A DNA stretch of 27,946 nucleotides from UHGV virus genome UHGV-0178950; one strand, given 5' to 3'. Shown here one piece after another: positions 26,417 to 27,946 of the stretch. The notes below the pieces were generated by a model. It was not told where the DNA came from. It saw only the letters and a list, made by a program, of their open reading frames with translations, and did no database searches. Made by a program: the position numbers and the translations under genes. The DNA comes from a virus. Positions within the stretch are counted from its first letter, which is position 1. The number at the start of each line of letters is the position of its first letter.

Positions 26417-26836
26417 TTAAAGAATTTCACGGCAGCTAATCAGGGAATAAGACGTATCACCTTTTTTAACATCAAATATAGGCGCGCCATCTACAGAATG
26501 CAGATATTTGATGTAGGATTTACCATCTTCGGAACCATAATATTCTTCTTTCTCGTTCTTATCTTCTTTCAGTTTTGGACTTTTGATTGTTTTATCAAAT
26601 ACCGGATCGTTGAAAGCAAATTGACTATTATCATCATTCACTCGAACCTTTACACCGATAAAACTACGGTATTTGCCAGACGGCGCATGATAATAACGGT
26701 CGCCATCACTCAGGTAGCGTGTATCATCTCCTTTATATTCGAAGTAGGAATTGCACACATAATAGGTATAGGTATTAGCATTCGCAGCACCAACCAAACC
26801 CAGAGCAAGAACAACACCAGCGATAATCTTTTTCAT
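26417..26836 (-). CDS. Secreted Tyr/Asp/Lys-rich protein of unknown function, 139 aa
   Basis: Signal peptide MKKIIAGVVLALGLVGAANA with AxA cleavage site; two Cys in the mature protein. Confidence 0.6.
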   Translation of the reverse strand: MKKIIAGVVLALGLVGAANANTYTYYVCNSYFEYKGDDTRYLSDGDRYYHAPSGKYRSFIGVKVRVNDDNSQFAFNDPVFDKTIKSPKLKEDKNEKEEYYGSEDGKSYIKYLHSVDGAPIFDVKKGDTSYSLISCREIL

Positions 26837-26881
26837 AGTAGAATTTCCTCTTGTTGTTTGAATTACGATATATTTATATCA

Positions 26882-27004
26882 TTAAAAGTTAATGCTAATA
26901 ATCAGACCAAACACAACCGCACCAATCAAATCAATCCAGTTAATACACAGCGAATATTCTTTCTTGAATGTCTTAGATGAAATGCCATCATGAAATTGTT
27001 TCAT
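26882..27004 (-). CDS. Candidate 40-aa membrane micro-protein (not in ORF track)
   Basis: ATG preceded by GGGGTGAG; encodes MKQFHDGISSKTFKKEYSLCINWIDLIGAVVFGLIISINF with a C-terminal hydrophobic helix. Confidence 0.3.
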   Translation of the reverse strand: MKQFHDGISSKTFKKEYSLCINWIDLIGAVVFGLIISINF

Positions 27005-27007
27005 TGC

Positions 27008-27088
27008 TCACCCCATACTAACGACAATATAAGAAAGACTAATCATGGTTGTGAGACTACCTCCCACGAATGAGATAAAAGCTAACAT
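27008..27088 (-). CDS. Candidate 26-aa hydrophobic micro-peptide (not in ORF track)
   Basis: ATG with GGAG 8 nt upstream; encodes MLAFISFVGGSLTTMISLSYIVVSMG; its TGA stop abuts the start of the 40-aa ORF. Confidence 0.2.
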   Translation of the reverse strand: MLAFISFVGGSLTTMISLSYIVVSMG

Positions 27089-27144
27089 GTTTGATTCTCC
27101 ATTTAAAAAGCGGTGGGAATTACACCCACCAAATTAGAAATTAA

Positions 27145-27582
27145 TTAAGCGCGAACGATGGTCAGAGTATCCAGCAAACCTTTTTCGTATAATTCGAAAC
27201 ACGTTTTATATTGCTCAATCTTCCAACCGTAGCGGGTGATCTTATTCAGTAGAATAATCACGGTATTCTCATCTAGGTATTGTCCTTGCTTACCAATTAC
27301 ATATGACTCGCGGGATAGTCTCAGCTTACGGAAACCTTTAACACCTAATTCCTTAGCCACCGCTTTAACCTCGTTAATCTCACCTTCTGCGGCTACATAT
27401 TCAGCGTCGATAATCTCAGTTGATGATCTCAGTGCTACCAGAACTAAGGCCATTGCTTCTTCTTCGGTACGAGCAACACCAGCTTTCTCGAAAGTCATCT
27501 CACCAAATTTACGAGTCATAATATTGAACATTGTCTGTATTCCGTTTAAATCGGCGGGAATAGTACCCGCCAAATTAGACAT
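27145..27582 (-). CDS. Hypothetical protein, 145 aa
   Basis: ORF whose start overlaps the stop of the upstream 90-aa gene (operon arrangement). Confidence 0.55.
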   Translation of the reverse strand: MSNLAGTIPADLNGIQTMFNIMTRKFGEMTFEKAGVARTEEEAMALVLVALRSSTEIIDAEYVAAEGEINEVKAVAKELGVKGFRKLRLSRESYVIGKQGQYLDENTVIILLNKITRYGWKIEQYKTCFELYEKGLLDTLTIVRA

Positions 27583-27854
27583 TACTTCTTGCTGATAAAC
27601 TCTTTAGCGATAAAGTTGATTACTTCTTTCAGCTTCTTGTCTGTATCGATGCACGCTGGTAATTCTTCTTTAATATCCTGCGGCAGATACACATTGCCTT
27701 TAAAGTGGAGGAAACCATCATTACCAATCATGTAGGAGAACATCCATTCACAATCGTTATCCGCTTCCCAGAACGCCACGGTCTCATCCCCAATCAAGGT
27801 AATGTCCATGTTGCGACGCGCTGCGTAGTTGATGATTGCTTTACCGATGTTCAT
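27582..27854 (-). CDS. Hypothetical protein, 90 aa, first visible gene of the minus-strand accessory operon
   Basis: ORF with GAGGGGGT Shine-Dalgarno on the minus strand; an inverted repeat (GTACCC...GGGTAC, about 27861-27885) sits just upstream. Confidence 0.55.
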   Translation of the reverse strand: MNIGKAIINYAARRNMDITLIGDETVAFWEADNDCEWMFSYMIGNDGFLHFKGNVYLPQDIKEELPACIDTDKKLKEVINFIAKEFISKK

Positions 27855-27946
27855 TGTTGTACCCCCTCGTGTTATTGTGGGTACATGATATTTGGCAAAC
27901 CTAAACAGGAGATTACTCGCCTATTTAACTTGCACCATGCGACAAA

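Noticed and set aside
26498-26980. 160-aa plus-strand ORF with hydrophobic composition
   Set aside because: Antisense to the secreted-protein gene and the micro-ORF region, without a start context; the minus-strand genes have signal peptides and Shine-Dalgarno sequences.
1-27946. Looked for tRNA genes and CRISPR arrays
   Set aside because: No T-loop-like GTTCGAATC/GTTCAAATC motifs in a cloverleaf context were seen by eye and no regularly spaced direct repeats; not a formal scan.

Overview
This window reads as a contiguous late region of a tailed, siphovirus-like phage (about 43% GC, enterobacterial-style codon usage), all on the + strand from about 0.8 to 24.1 kb: lambda GpA-type large terminase, putative portal, a single ORF fusing an HK97-type prohead protease, an acidic scaffold segment and the major capsid protein, head-tail connector candidates, two paralogous tail-tube-like proteins, a 1200-aa tail fibre with a C-terminal autoproteolytic chaperone domain, a G/T chaperone pair, tape measure, minor tail proteins, a J-like tip protein, and a lysis region ending in an M15-type endolysin. 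After convergent terminators, the last 3.5 kb is a minus-strand accessory module holding a large serine recombinase, two signal-peptide proteins, two unknown proteins and two micro-ORFs. The most unusual signal is that the capsid and major tail genes are each followed, in frame beyond a TGA stop, by a similar 41-42 codon extension, suggesting programmed stop-codon readthrough. All functional calls are from motifs and gene order read by eye; no database search was run. No tRNA, rRNA or CRISPR array was seen.
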